From: Microthyrium microscopicum
Lineage: Eukaryota
DNA length: 64,000 nucleotides
Direction: 5' to 3'
NCBI GenBank assembly: GCA_010405405.1
Contig: MU004236.1
Span: 998,070 to 1,062,069, forward strand
In this document: piece by piece, positions 12,401 through 23,800 of the stretch
Layout: each line of letters opens with the position of its first letter
How positions within the stretch are numbered: position 1 is the stretch's first letter
Position numbers and translations under genes: made by a program
Notes under the pieces: model-generated
Told to the model about the DNA's origin: nothing
Database searches by the model: none
The model's input: only the letters and a program-made list of their open reading frames with translations

Positions 12401-14261
12401 TTCCCTCTCTCCTCTTCTCTATCTCAACAGGAAGCTTGCTCTACAATTTTACGTATGGTGGGCGGGACAGTCGCCTTTCATGCACGCCGCTCCATCAGGC
12501 AAAGTTATCTCGTGGAACAACGGCCATCCCGATCCTTGGAGGCGCGCGTTTACCAAACGGCTCTCTGATTACATCGCATGCGGTTGGAAATAGTGTGGCT
12601 AGTGGTTGCCATCCAGTTAACCCAAATTGACGACTTGCAGGCTGGAAAATCAGTATTACTGGCCTTAAAACTGATAGAAAAGACCTTTGACCTGCACTAC
12701 AATCCTTTTTTTGGCGGTAAACAGTCAATGACAGTAGCTATCTCTGCCTGGGACAAATTGCTCAGTCTATCTTGAGCATCGTGCAGATGGTTGCATCCAC
12801 AAGCCCCTTTTATCATTCCTTCAGCAACTTGGGAGTGGTATGATTATTTACACGCTTTCCACGAGTCGAGCATAGCTAATCTAAGAAGCCAATCTGTATG
12901 GTAAGCTGCGGGCCATTCAGTAGGCGAAATGACCGAGTCTTCCAAGTGCTGTCTGCTGACACCAAAGCGAAAAATGTTAATTCTACATGATCAATCGGCT
13001 CGTTCTACACTGCATCGTAGTCGAACTTTGGTCATAGCCACGATTATCTAGGACATTCTGAAAGTCTACGTTTCCTCCAATTAAAAAACTTCAGGCATAG
13101 CAAGTGTGCCTATGAGCACATCTTTTGCTAGCAGTATTCTTAAGGGCGTTGCATATCCCACGCTCAAGAAACAGCCCAGAGGATTGAGCGAGTCACTGAG
13201 AATCGTGTTATTATTACCAATGCTCATAAGTACCCGATTCGCTAATGAGTTGCATATTCAGCCAAGCATCCAGCAAGCGCTTCATTGTTTCCTTTCTTTT
13301 TTCTTGACCCGATAAGGCTGAAACCATGATTGGGTCTGCCAAAGCATCGCCGACTTGAAAGGCAGATCCTTCCCATTAGCTGCAGTATCTGAATTATTGA
13401 TTTGCAGGTGATACCTTCGGTATCCATAGACTCCAAGTCTCAGCCTTTTCGTCTATTCTGGTCAAAGCTGGTACCCGACAAAGTCAATGAAATGACAATT
13501 GCACAACGTATGCGAGATGGCTGGTAACGTGTCACCAATTCGATCTTCGTACTCTTGTCAACTTCGCTAATTTGACTGAAAGTGCTTCTGTTCCTGACTG
13601 GTCCTATTCGGGTAATATCCGCCGAAGGAAAACTCGTGTTGATCGAGAGTGCAATAACTCTCAACTTGTAGGTGACGCAAGACGACATCTGCCTGATGAC
13701 CTCTTATAAGTATATCATCTAAGTTAGGTATGCTTAGTTCACAATACCCTACCGAAGGAGATATGTAAAGAAATCAACACCTCGGAGATTCTGTAAACCG
13801 ACATGGCCCGTTCTGACAAGATAGTATCGTACTCCAGATCTCACAGTGGTTGTCTCGTTCTCTACTGAAGCAACTGTAAAAGATAGGTACAGAGTCCACT
13901 AAAGCAGTGTTCGAGAACCAGCGAGATCTAAGTAGACCGGTAGTTACCGTACAATAGGTCGACAAAATAGATGGCACGTTCCCATCGAGTGCGAGATCTA
14001 CCTTCGTACCGCAAAGAAGAGCCTACTCTATGATTACCATCGTATTCAATATTCTACAGCCTTTTCTGTGGGCTCTGCGGCAAGTAAAGCGGCCGATAAC
14101 AGAACGTACCGCACAGGAGCCAACGAATCTGAAGGGGTAAACCACTTTTTGTAGGTATGAAGAAATGTGTTTATTACGTTACTAGGTTACTAGGAATTTG
14201 TAGGTCAGGTTAAGTAGGTAGGTACTAGGAAAGTGTTCGAAGCTTCTCCCTCACTCAAGTC

Positions 14262-17164
14262 TCACGCTGTAGATGTGCCATTGATAGTTGACATACCCTG
14301 TACCAGGGCTCCTTCGGTGACAAGAAGACCGGCAATTGAAGCAGATGTCAAAGTCGAGATAATGCCGGTTAGAAGTGCACTGACTGCGAGCCGTGAAACG
14401 TCGCCGCTGCGTCCAGGTGCAATCTGGGACAGCACTCCAATCTGGGTTCCAAGGCTGCCCAGGTTGCCAAACCCGCAGAGAGAGTACGTTGCGATGATCC
14501 TGGATCGTGGACTGAGTGATGCGTACAGAGGATTCTGCTGCAGTTGTGTGTATGCCACGAACTCGTTCTCTACGACTTTGATGCCAATCAACCTTGCGAC
14601 CTTCAACAGATCCCCATTCTGGCGAGGCACTCCCAGCAAGAAGGCTAGGGGATAGAAGAGGTAGCCCAGAATGAGTTCCAGAGTCAAGTCGTAATCTCCA
14701 GAAAGGTTTATATAATGGCCGAACCAGGTCAGTAGGCCATCGATTAGTCCGACCAAAGCGATGATGCAGAGTAAAGTGGCAAGAATCATGCCAGCGATCT
14801 TCAAACCGAGCCAAGCGCCTAAAGATTGTTAGCAAATATTACGATAAAGGAGCCAAAAACCCAGTAAATTAGCAGATTTCTCTTCCCGAAGTGACAACCG
14901 ATGAAATGCCATGGGCACCATCGAGTACGATGGGCGCGATCGAATGCAATGGGGCTCATCAGATATGAGAAGAATATCTCGTCAGAGCCAAAATGCTCTT
15001 GAAATCGCACGATTTCGAGATTTCTTGAATCTCTTATCGCACCTTGTGGGAACCATCGAGTGCGATGGGAGTCATAGAATGCGATGGGGCTCATTGAATG
15101 TGATATGAATATCTCGCCAGAGCCAAAAATCTCGTGAAATCGCATGATTTCAAGATTTCTTAGATTCCTGATCGCAGCTTGTGGGAACCGTCGAGTGCGA
15201 TGGGAGCCATAGAATGCGATGAGGCTCATCAGATGGGAGATGAATATCTTGTCAGAGCCAAAAATCTCGTGAAATCGCGAAATTTCGAGATTTTCTGGAT
15301 TTCTGATCGCATCTTGTGGCAACCATCGAGTGCGATGGGAGCCAATGAATGCGATGGGAGCCATCAAGTGTTTTGGGGATTTGGGTTTGGATAAGAAAAT
15401 GGGTGCTTACCGTTGGCAAAAGCGTGCAAACCGTTGCTGGCTTTGTCGTCATCTTTCGGTACAGTGACGTTTCCAGCTGTCAACGTCTCTTCCGTCTCTG
15501 GATATCGCAGTTTTGAAACTGCGAGCGAGGCTGGAATTGACATTACGCTATTTTTGTCAGTGTTTAACAGGTGCGATGCTGGCCATCAAAGCTGCTCTCG
15601 ACACTTACCAGCTCGAAATCAGGACCTGGCCACTGACACCTAGATTGATATATGCCACGAGTACGCTTCCGGCAATTGTCGCGAATCCCGAGGCCATAAT
15701 TTGGTGGATTTCAGCTTTAGTGAGATGTTGAACAAACGGCTTGATCAGCATTGCTGATTCTCCTTGACCGATGAATGGAGATGCTGCGGCTACCACGGCT
15801 TCTGCGCCTGAGACTCGCATACTCCAGAAGAAGAAAACCGCAAATTTGCCGATAAACCATTGGAGTATTCCCCTATTGGCTGAGATTAGACACATCTCTC
15901 AGGTGAGTAAAATAAATGGCATGCTCCCATCGACTTCGATGGCTACCACCACACTTTCTAAATAGAAGATGCTGTGGCTCCCATGCACTTGTTTAAGCAT
16001 ACGATGGGAGCCAACGCCATCGATAATAAAGCGTAGTCGATGGCAGCCATCGAAGCTGATGGCAGTGGGAGTGTTTAGACATACCAGTAGTAAAACAGTT
16101 GAACCAATGCCACGAAGAACACTATGGCAGGCAAAACTGATGACAAAAACCAATGGAGATCCGGGACTTTGTCGCTGGTAAGGAAAACTACACCTTTGTT
16201 TGCAAATCCAAGCAATGAACGGCATAATTCCGAGATAAAATTGAAAATGTCGAATCCAGCTTTAGTGCGAAGTACGAATAAGGCAACCAAAAACTGGACC
16301 AACATTCCCATGATTACTGTATGCCATCGGATTGCTTTCCGATTCCGGGAGGTTGCTGTTAGCCCTGCCAAAAACACTGCCAAACCGAAGAGGCTGACTG
16401 CCCGATTTGCACGGGTGTTGTCGAGTGCTTCCGGACTCGCCATAGCGCCGACTACGATCACGATAATCGTGATTAGAGCAGCGATGGGTAGTCTTGCTTT
16501 TTCAGGAAGGAGGTCTCGAATTCGCACGGCGCTTTGCTTCCAGATCCAGCGCAGGACGCGCATCAATGGCGTAACGGGAACATAGAAGGTGAGGATGCGA
16601 AGGCAAACGCATAACCAGAGTAGAAGTGGGACCCGCCAATTCAGGTCGTGTCTGTGTAACACTAAGCCAGTGATCCACCACCTATATATTCAATATTAGC
16701 AAGAAACTCTCGAAAATGGCAATAGTTGGAATCAGCAAAATAAACGACATGTTCCCATCAACGCCGATGGCTGATAGCAGACCTTCTCGATAGTAGATGT
16801 TATGTCTCCCATCGTATCTGAACAGCCGTAAAGAATTGAATGCCTCCATCGAGGAAGCTCTCGTAACGGATGGAAATCATTCAAAGTTGATGGCAAACAT
16901 CGTTGTTGATGGGAGCGGGCCAGTTTTTGAGGATTGAACATACCCGGTAAATAACAAGACAATGACAACGTGAAGCAATATCTTTGGCCACTTGCTGCGG
17001 AATTTCTGGTGCTCAATCACTGGTTCCTCATTGCTGCTATGAGACGGGGGTGCTTCGACGGTGTGTAATTGTTGAACTTTCTCATTGACTTGCGAAGGCT
17101 GGGTTGGGTTGGACAGGACATTGGCGTTTCTTCGTGAGGACTCTGCTTCGGCCAAGGGCTCCAT
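14262..17164 (-). CDS. Concentrative nucleoside transporter (CNT/SLC28 family); 5 exons (17164-16944, 16681-16085, 15872-15609, 15547-15411, 14818-14262)
   Basis: [105 protein letters not shown]. Four GT-AG introns join in frame. Confidence 0.93.
14912..15370. repeat. Intronic tandem array, 135-bp unit x ~3.3, inside CNT intron 4 (14819-15410)
   Basis: Units start at 14912, 15047, 15182 and 15317 (tggg(c/a)accatcgagtgcgatggg...). Each contains CCATCG-N4-CGATGG and GAAATCG..CGATTTC palindromes. Confidence 0.92.
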
Positions 17165-18407
17165 AGTGATGTGTTGCGTCCAGAACTTGAATGATGTGCG
17201 TGAAGTGCGAGTATGAATGATAAGTCGGAAGCGTGAGGTTGGATGATGTATCTGATGCGTGAGGTATACAGCTTTCGAGAATCGCGGACTTGAAGTTGTA
17301 TTGGTGTCACCTTGCACAGAGAGGCGAATTTTCGCAGGAGCAGCTGGCCTTTTCTAGTGAGTTGGCAAGGGAGCCAGCTACGTAGGTACTTAGGCAAGAG
17401 TGTGCGGAAGGTATTATTGAGTAGAACCGTGGTTGAACTCCATTTCGTGGTTAGTGGTTACCACGACGCCTAGGTCCCAAAGTGGGCAACACAGTGTGTT
17501 TTGACATCCAACCACTTCGCTGGCTGGGCATCGCCTTCTGTGAAGTTAGAATCGTTGCCTGCCCATCACACTTGATAAAATGAAGCCAGTTTAACGACGT
17601 CGATGGGTAGGAGCATACTCGATAACCAAGCATAGTATGTGGCAGCCGGCGAGGTCGATGGGAGCATGGCCGGTTTCTGTTATTGAGCTGCCTTTGACAA
17701 TTGGACACTGAGTATAGTTGAATTCGACAGCTGATCGTTTTCAATTGACGTGAAAGTTAAATATATCGTCTAAGTTTGTTCTTTTCATTTGGAAAGATGT
17801 TCTCTCCAGTGTCTGGAGGATCAAACCGTCCACGATGAAGTACCTTGGGTGGGTACACATCGACCGCATGAATAGTTGTTTTGAAGTTTCGACGTACAAA
17901 GGGTGATACTATCGTCTGCTTTTGAGACGAGTAGTCAAGTAACCTATCTGACATGTATCGTGTGGTCGATCGGCTCCAAAGCTTTCGATATCTGGTGTTC
18001 GTTTTGGCTCTACACCCGTGCCGGTTGAAGAACGACTTGAAAATTCGAGTGTCCTTGTTCTTTGAACCGATACTTCTTCAGCAAGCTGTAGCACCATGCG
18101 AGCATATGGTCTCCAGACCACTCCCTTGGATATTGTAGAGTTCACCAGGGATATGATCACAGTTACCGACCATAATAGCCGTGACCATTTCGAACAGTTA
18201 CCAGCGAGGAGGTTTATTATATACAGCTCTCTAATTGGGTGGCAGTCGGCTTAGTCTAACCCTATTAAATAGCATTGTTCTTGAAAATGAGCGAAACCGG
18301 CTAAACCGATACATTAGCCGGGCGACCTATATTACCCTTGTAGGTGAAGTTATGGTACAATGTGGGAGTGTTGAAACTGCTTAAACCATTACAACACAAT
18401 AGTTCCG

Positions 18408-19876
18408 ATGGCAGAAGTTATTCATCCAGGCTGGAATATCGACAATAGTGCGGCTGTTGTAAGCGATGATCCCGAGAAAATATACAAAGAGTGGGATTAC
18501 ATGCGCTCGCAATGTCCTGTTGCTCACGTCAATCGTCATGATGGCTACTGGATATTGACCAAGTAGGTTCACTATATCGAGATATTGAAAAGTTGACTGA
18601 TTTTTGCAGACATGAAGATATCAAGAACTGCGCTCTGGATTCCGATACTTTCATTTCTTCAGTGTGTGCCATCGTACCTTCAGACCCGCGAGGAATCCGT
18701 CGTCCACCCCTGAAATTCGATGGCAAAGATCATACTCCTTACCGAACTGCGTTGGATCGGACACTGAAAGCTTCGAGATTGAAGCGACTAGAGCCAGTGC
18801 TTCAAAAACATTGCGACGATGAATTGCAACCACTTCTCGACAGAGGTGAAGGCGACATTTGCCAGGAGTTTGCATCGAATTTCTGCGGATGGGTTGAAAG
18901 TGTCTGGTTGAATTTGGATCCTAAGAACGGAAAGATGTTGGCAGATAGTGTGAACCCCTTCGTACAGTCTTGGAGAACTGGTGATTGGGACGGAGTAAAA
19001 CGTGGATCCGAGGCATTCTATGTCATTGCAAGAGATGTTATTGCAGATCGTCAAAAAGCATTGCGCGACCCAGAGGAAGATCCAGCATCAAGTCTGATAT
19101 TAGAAAGAGACTCTGAAGGCAAGCCTCTAGACGAGTTCCATCTTGTGTAAGCAACAATATTTGGCTCCATGTCTGTGGGAATGACAGCTGACAATCACAG
19201 GGGATGTATTCGGCAAAGCCTGATCGTTTCCATGGTGGCTCCCCCAATCTTGATCTCCGCCATGACGAATCATTTGTCTAAGGACAAAGAGTTACAGAAC
19301 CAGCTGCGCAACAATCCAGAACTGCAAAATGCCGCGATCGAAGAGTTTGTGCGGCTGTATACCCCATACAGGGGATTTGCTCGCACGGCTACTCATGATG
19401 TTGAGATTTCGGGACAGGCAATCCCACAAGACGAGCCCATGACCATGACTTACGCGGCAGGTAATCGAGACCCCTCGGTTTTCTCTGAGCCAGACAAGTT
19501 TATCCTTAATCGCCCAAATATAACAGCTCACCTGGGCTTTGGAAAAGGCCGACATCGGTGTGCCGGCATGCCGTTGGCGCGGATGATCCTGAAAGTGTTT
19601 TTGAGAACGATATTGGAGAAAACTACGGATTGGGATGTGAACAGTAATGCCTTGCATTACGCTCGCCTACCCGAAATGTGAGTCAATGGTGTAATGTTAT
19701 CGTCCCTTGATCATTGATGATTGCTTGAATGACTTTCCATCCAAATTGGGGGAATTCGTGTCTCAAGCGTTCAGCAAATGTTGACAAATATTACAATTGC
19801 TCTGATGATCTTACACTGACATATTACCAGCGGTATAATCGGTTGCCCAACCAAATTTCACACCAAGATGGCCTGA
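18408..19876 (+). CDS. Cytochrome P450, soluble bacterial-like (~404 aa); 4 exons (18408-18562, 18610-19146, 19201-19677, 19831-19876)
   Basis: MRSQCPVAH..GYWILTK/HEDI, DGKDHTPYR, ExxR (EEFVR), AAGNRDPSVFSEPDKF, heme motif HLGFGKGRHRCAG. No N-terminal membrane anchor. Exon sum is 1215 nt, in frame. Confidence 0.9.
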
Positions 19877-20509
19877 GGTGACGTGGAAAGAGGCGTCCTA
19901 GATGTGGTCCTAATGACATTTGATGAGCGTCCGAGTTGAGCTTATATCGAAGCAAGGATTAGACATGCTGTTATGGTCTTTGCAGAATCGGGAATGGCCT
20001 AATAAAAAACTAGTTGGGAAACCGTTTTTATGATCCATGTTAGTCAGTGTAAATGTGTTCATCGTCAAAGATCTCCATCCATAATCAAAGGGCTCCTTTC
20101 TCAAGCTTCGGGTCACTGTCATCCGGAGCAGCACCCGTTGAAGGTTTTGAACTTGAGCGCCTGCCTCAAGTGGTCATCATGTACTTCTGTATTGCGTGCT
20201 CCAGCTTACGGCACCTCTGAGATGTACGCCCTGATTGTAGTATGATAGGTAATGAAAGCTGTGCATTGAAGACCACTGTGCCCTTTACTCGGCAGTATTT
20301 TGCGGTCCTCATCGTAGAATGAATGTTGATGTATACAAGGTTGGATAAGTACGGTAGTCTGTTGAGAATAGAAAAATTGAGGAGAAGTTACCAAGAATTG
20401 TTTCTAACACAACCGCTAAAAGCGGGAGTGGCTTGGATGTTTCAAAGGTATCCTGGTTCCGTCTAACCACGTGGGACTAGCGGCTTATGTATGATAGGGC
20501 GTCCCTAGT

Positions 20510-20804
20510 TGACAGAAGGTTCGTTCTAAACCCTAGATCCGCGCTAGTCCTAATCTAGGATTAGGAAATGGAAATACCAAAATTTGGCCTTTATTAGCTA
20601 TTATATCTTTTTGCCTTTTCTACCCCTTTTTATATATTACTTTTGCCTCTATTATAGCCTAAATTCTAGGCTTTAAGAAGATATATTTTATATCTTTAAT
20701 AGAGTATAAATACTATAGTTATTATAGTAGTTAGTTAATTAGATTCTTTAATATTCTCTTTACTAATTCTATATTCCTTAAGCTATATAGATTATATTCT
20801 ATTA
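20510..20804 (+). repeat. 5' LTR of Copia copy 2
   Basis: Direct repeat of 27562-27856. Followed by PBS-like gttataagcc. Confidence 0.93.
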
Positions 20805-23800
20805 GTTATAAGCCTAGTATTTTAATATATCTTTATTATTTTATTATTTTATATGTAAATCTCTTATAAACTATATTATTATAATTTCCTAAATTCTAAC
20901 TATTACTATATACTAATTTTAGTATTAAAACTTACTTATTAAGTTATAAATTAATTTATAATATTACTTCTAAACTTATAATTATTACTAAAGCTAGAAT
21001 TATTTTCTAGAGCTACTACTCCTTTAAGTTAAAGTTAAAAAATACTTTACTTTATCTATTTCTCTTTATAGTAACTTATACTTCTTTTTATTACTTTACT
21101 ATTTATAATACCTATTTAAATTATTAAAAAGTAATAAAAGAACCTTATTACGTTATTTAATAATAAGAAAGAGTAAAGAATTAGTAAATTAAATTAAAAA
21201 ATTATCTAAAGAGGCAATTCTATAAACCTTAAGAATATAAATATTCTTCTATCCTCTTCTCTTTTTCTCTTTTTCTTCTCTTTTTTATTATATACTTTAA
21301 GCTTTATATCTTTATTAGTACTTTTCTTACTATATTTAGTATTTATATAACCTTTACTATTAAGCTCTTAGTATATTCTTATCTTTAATAGTCTTTAAAA
21401 GCTATTACTTCCTTAAATTCTTAATACGTTAATAGCTTTAATATTAATAGTACTAAAATATACTAATAGCCTTAGTATTTATAGAAGTAAAGTATAAGTA
21501 ATACTTCTTACTACTTTTAATTACTATTTAGTCTTTTAGTCTTTAATAGTTCTTTTACTACTATTACTTCCTTAACTTTAAAGACTTAACTACTAATAGT
21601 CCTTATCTTTAAAGACTTAACCTCTTTACTACCTTAGTATATTAATAGCCTTAGTATTAATAGTATAAGAATATGCTAATAGCCTTAGTATTAGTAGTAC
21701 TAAATAATGCCTTCTAACTCCTTAATAATAACTATATTATTATACTTACTACTTTCTTTCTTATAAACCTAAGCTATTAAGTAAGTCTCTTAGAAAAACT
21801 TACTATTAGTATTATATAAATTACTACTATTATTCCTTAACTTTAAAGACTTAACTTTTTTACTATCTTAGCTATAGTAGTACTAAAACCTATGCTACTT
21901 TTAAGTATATTCTAAATTTCTATAAAATATTATTAGTAATCTTACTATTACTAACTTAATCTTAGTACTTTAGTCTAAGCTTAATATATTATAACTAAAA
22001 GATATATTTAGTAAAAATATATAAGTATTTAATTATTCTATATTCTATTCCTAAGTAAAGTAGAAGAAGTATTTAGTAAAAATATATAAGTATCTAATTA
22101 TTTTATATTTTATTCTTAAGTAAAGAGATATAATGTTAGGCTTAAACTACTTAAAGAGAAAATCTTAGAGGCCTAAAGAGTATAAATATCTTTCTTTCCT
22201 TACTTATTCTTCTTCTTTTTTTCTTCTTTTTTTATATTAAGGTAGTATCTCTTAAATAGAAGTATAGAGATACTAAGGTAGTATCTCTTAAATAAAGTAA
22301 TAACTTACTAAAAGTACCTATTATAAGCTTATATATACTCTCTCTAAATAGACTTAACGTAAATTACTTAAATAAGTAATTCCTTAATCCTTAGGAGTAT
22401 AAAATACTTTTTTCCTTTTCTTTTTTACTTCTCTTTCTTTTTTTTCTATATATTAAGATAGTTTCTCTAAATTAAAAGAATCTCTAAAATAGCCTACTAA
22501 GCTAAAAGAATAAGCTATAGTAACTTAATATAGTAGTAATATTCTTACTTCTTAATTAGAGTAATATTAGAAATATTAGTTTTTATAAAAAGCTAAGTAT
22601 TATTCCTAAATATACTATATAAATTCTATAGAAAAATTACTTAAAATAGTAACTATTAAAAATCTTTCTATAATAGTTATATTAAAGAATAATAATAATT
22701 AGTATACTTAGATTAACTCTATAAAATAGTAGGTATATGCTCTAAATATATAAGATTATATTAATTTAAAAGGAACTAGTTTTTCTTTAAAAAAATTAGT
22801 ATGCCTATCTAAAATATGCTTAGTAGAACCTACTATTTCTTAAATATTTATAAAGAATAGTAAAGATTAGCTTACTTAAATAATAAAGTTAATTCCTACT
22901 TAAGAATATAATATTTTATTATAAATATATAATTTAAACTACTAAAAGTATTAAAATACTAAAAATGCTATAGTTAAGATTAATAACTTCCTAAATAAAA
23001 TAGTATCTAAAAGCCTTTAGAACTATATTACTAATATCTTTAAGGCTTAAGATATACTTTAGGTACTTTAAAAAGATATTTATTCTTTTTAAATTAGTAT
23101 AATCTTAAAGCTAGATAAAGAATTTAATACTTTAAGAAAGAGGCATAAATAGTAAGAACTATAACTCTAGTTAACTTACTAAATATTTCTTTAAAGAGAA
23201 AGTTCCCTTTATAATAAGGATAAAATCTTTAAGAAATAGCTTATAAATATCTTTATAAATACTACTTAAGCTCTCTACCTTAGTACCTAAATATAGTTTA
23301 CTTATTATTATATAAAAAATAAATAACTTACTCTTTTAGAGTATATTAAGAAGTATTAGACTATCTATAATAAAAAAACTATACTAGTATTATAATCTAG
23401 TATTACTTTTACTACTATTCTTAATAAAAAGACTTAAAAAGAGATATCTTAACCTAAGAAAACTTCTTTAAATATAAATACTTATTAACCTTTCTTAATA
23501 TCTAAATTATAAAGTTCTTAAAAGAATAAAAAGATAGTTCCTCTTTACCTTTATAGTAAGATAAAATACTATAATAATTATTTTTATCTTTAACTTAATA
23601 AACGTCTAAATAAATAGTATCCTAATCTTAAAGTAAAAGTAAAAATTAAGAAAAGCCTTAAGAATTCTTAGCTTAAAGCAAAAGTTAATTATATTCTTAA
23701 AATAAGTTAAGATTAAGAGTATAGTAATAATAACTAACTACCTAAATTAATTAAATATATAGGTATTAGAATAGTAGTTATAAGAGTTATAATATCTATA

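Noticed and set aside
14819..15367. 182-aa ORF with three 45-aa repeats nested in CNT intron 4 (possible repeat-peptide/RiPP precursor next to a P450)
   Set aside because: It is a by-product of the 135-bp DNA period. Unit differences are mostly non-synonymous, there is no signal peptide or Kex2 KR sites, it is out of frame with the CNT exons, and its stop coincides with the splice acceptor.
14912..15370. CRISPR-like appearance (palindromic repeats at regular spacing)
   Set aside because: The sequences between palindromes are themselves repeated rather than unique spacers. The context is a eukaryotic intron with no cas genes.
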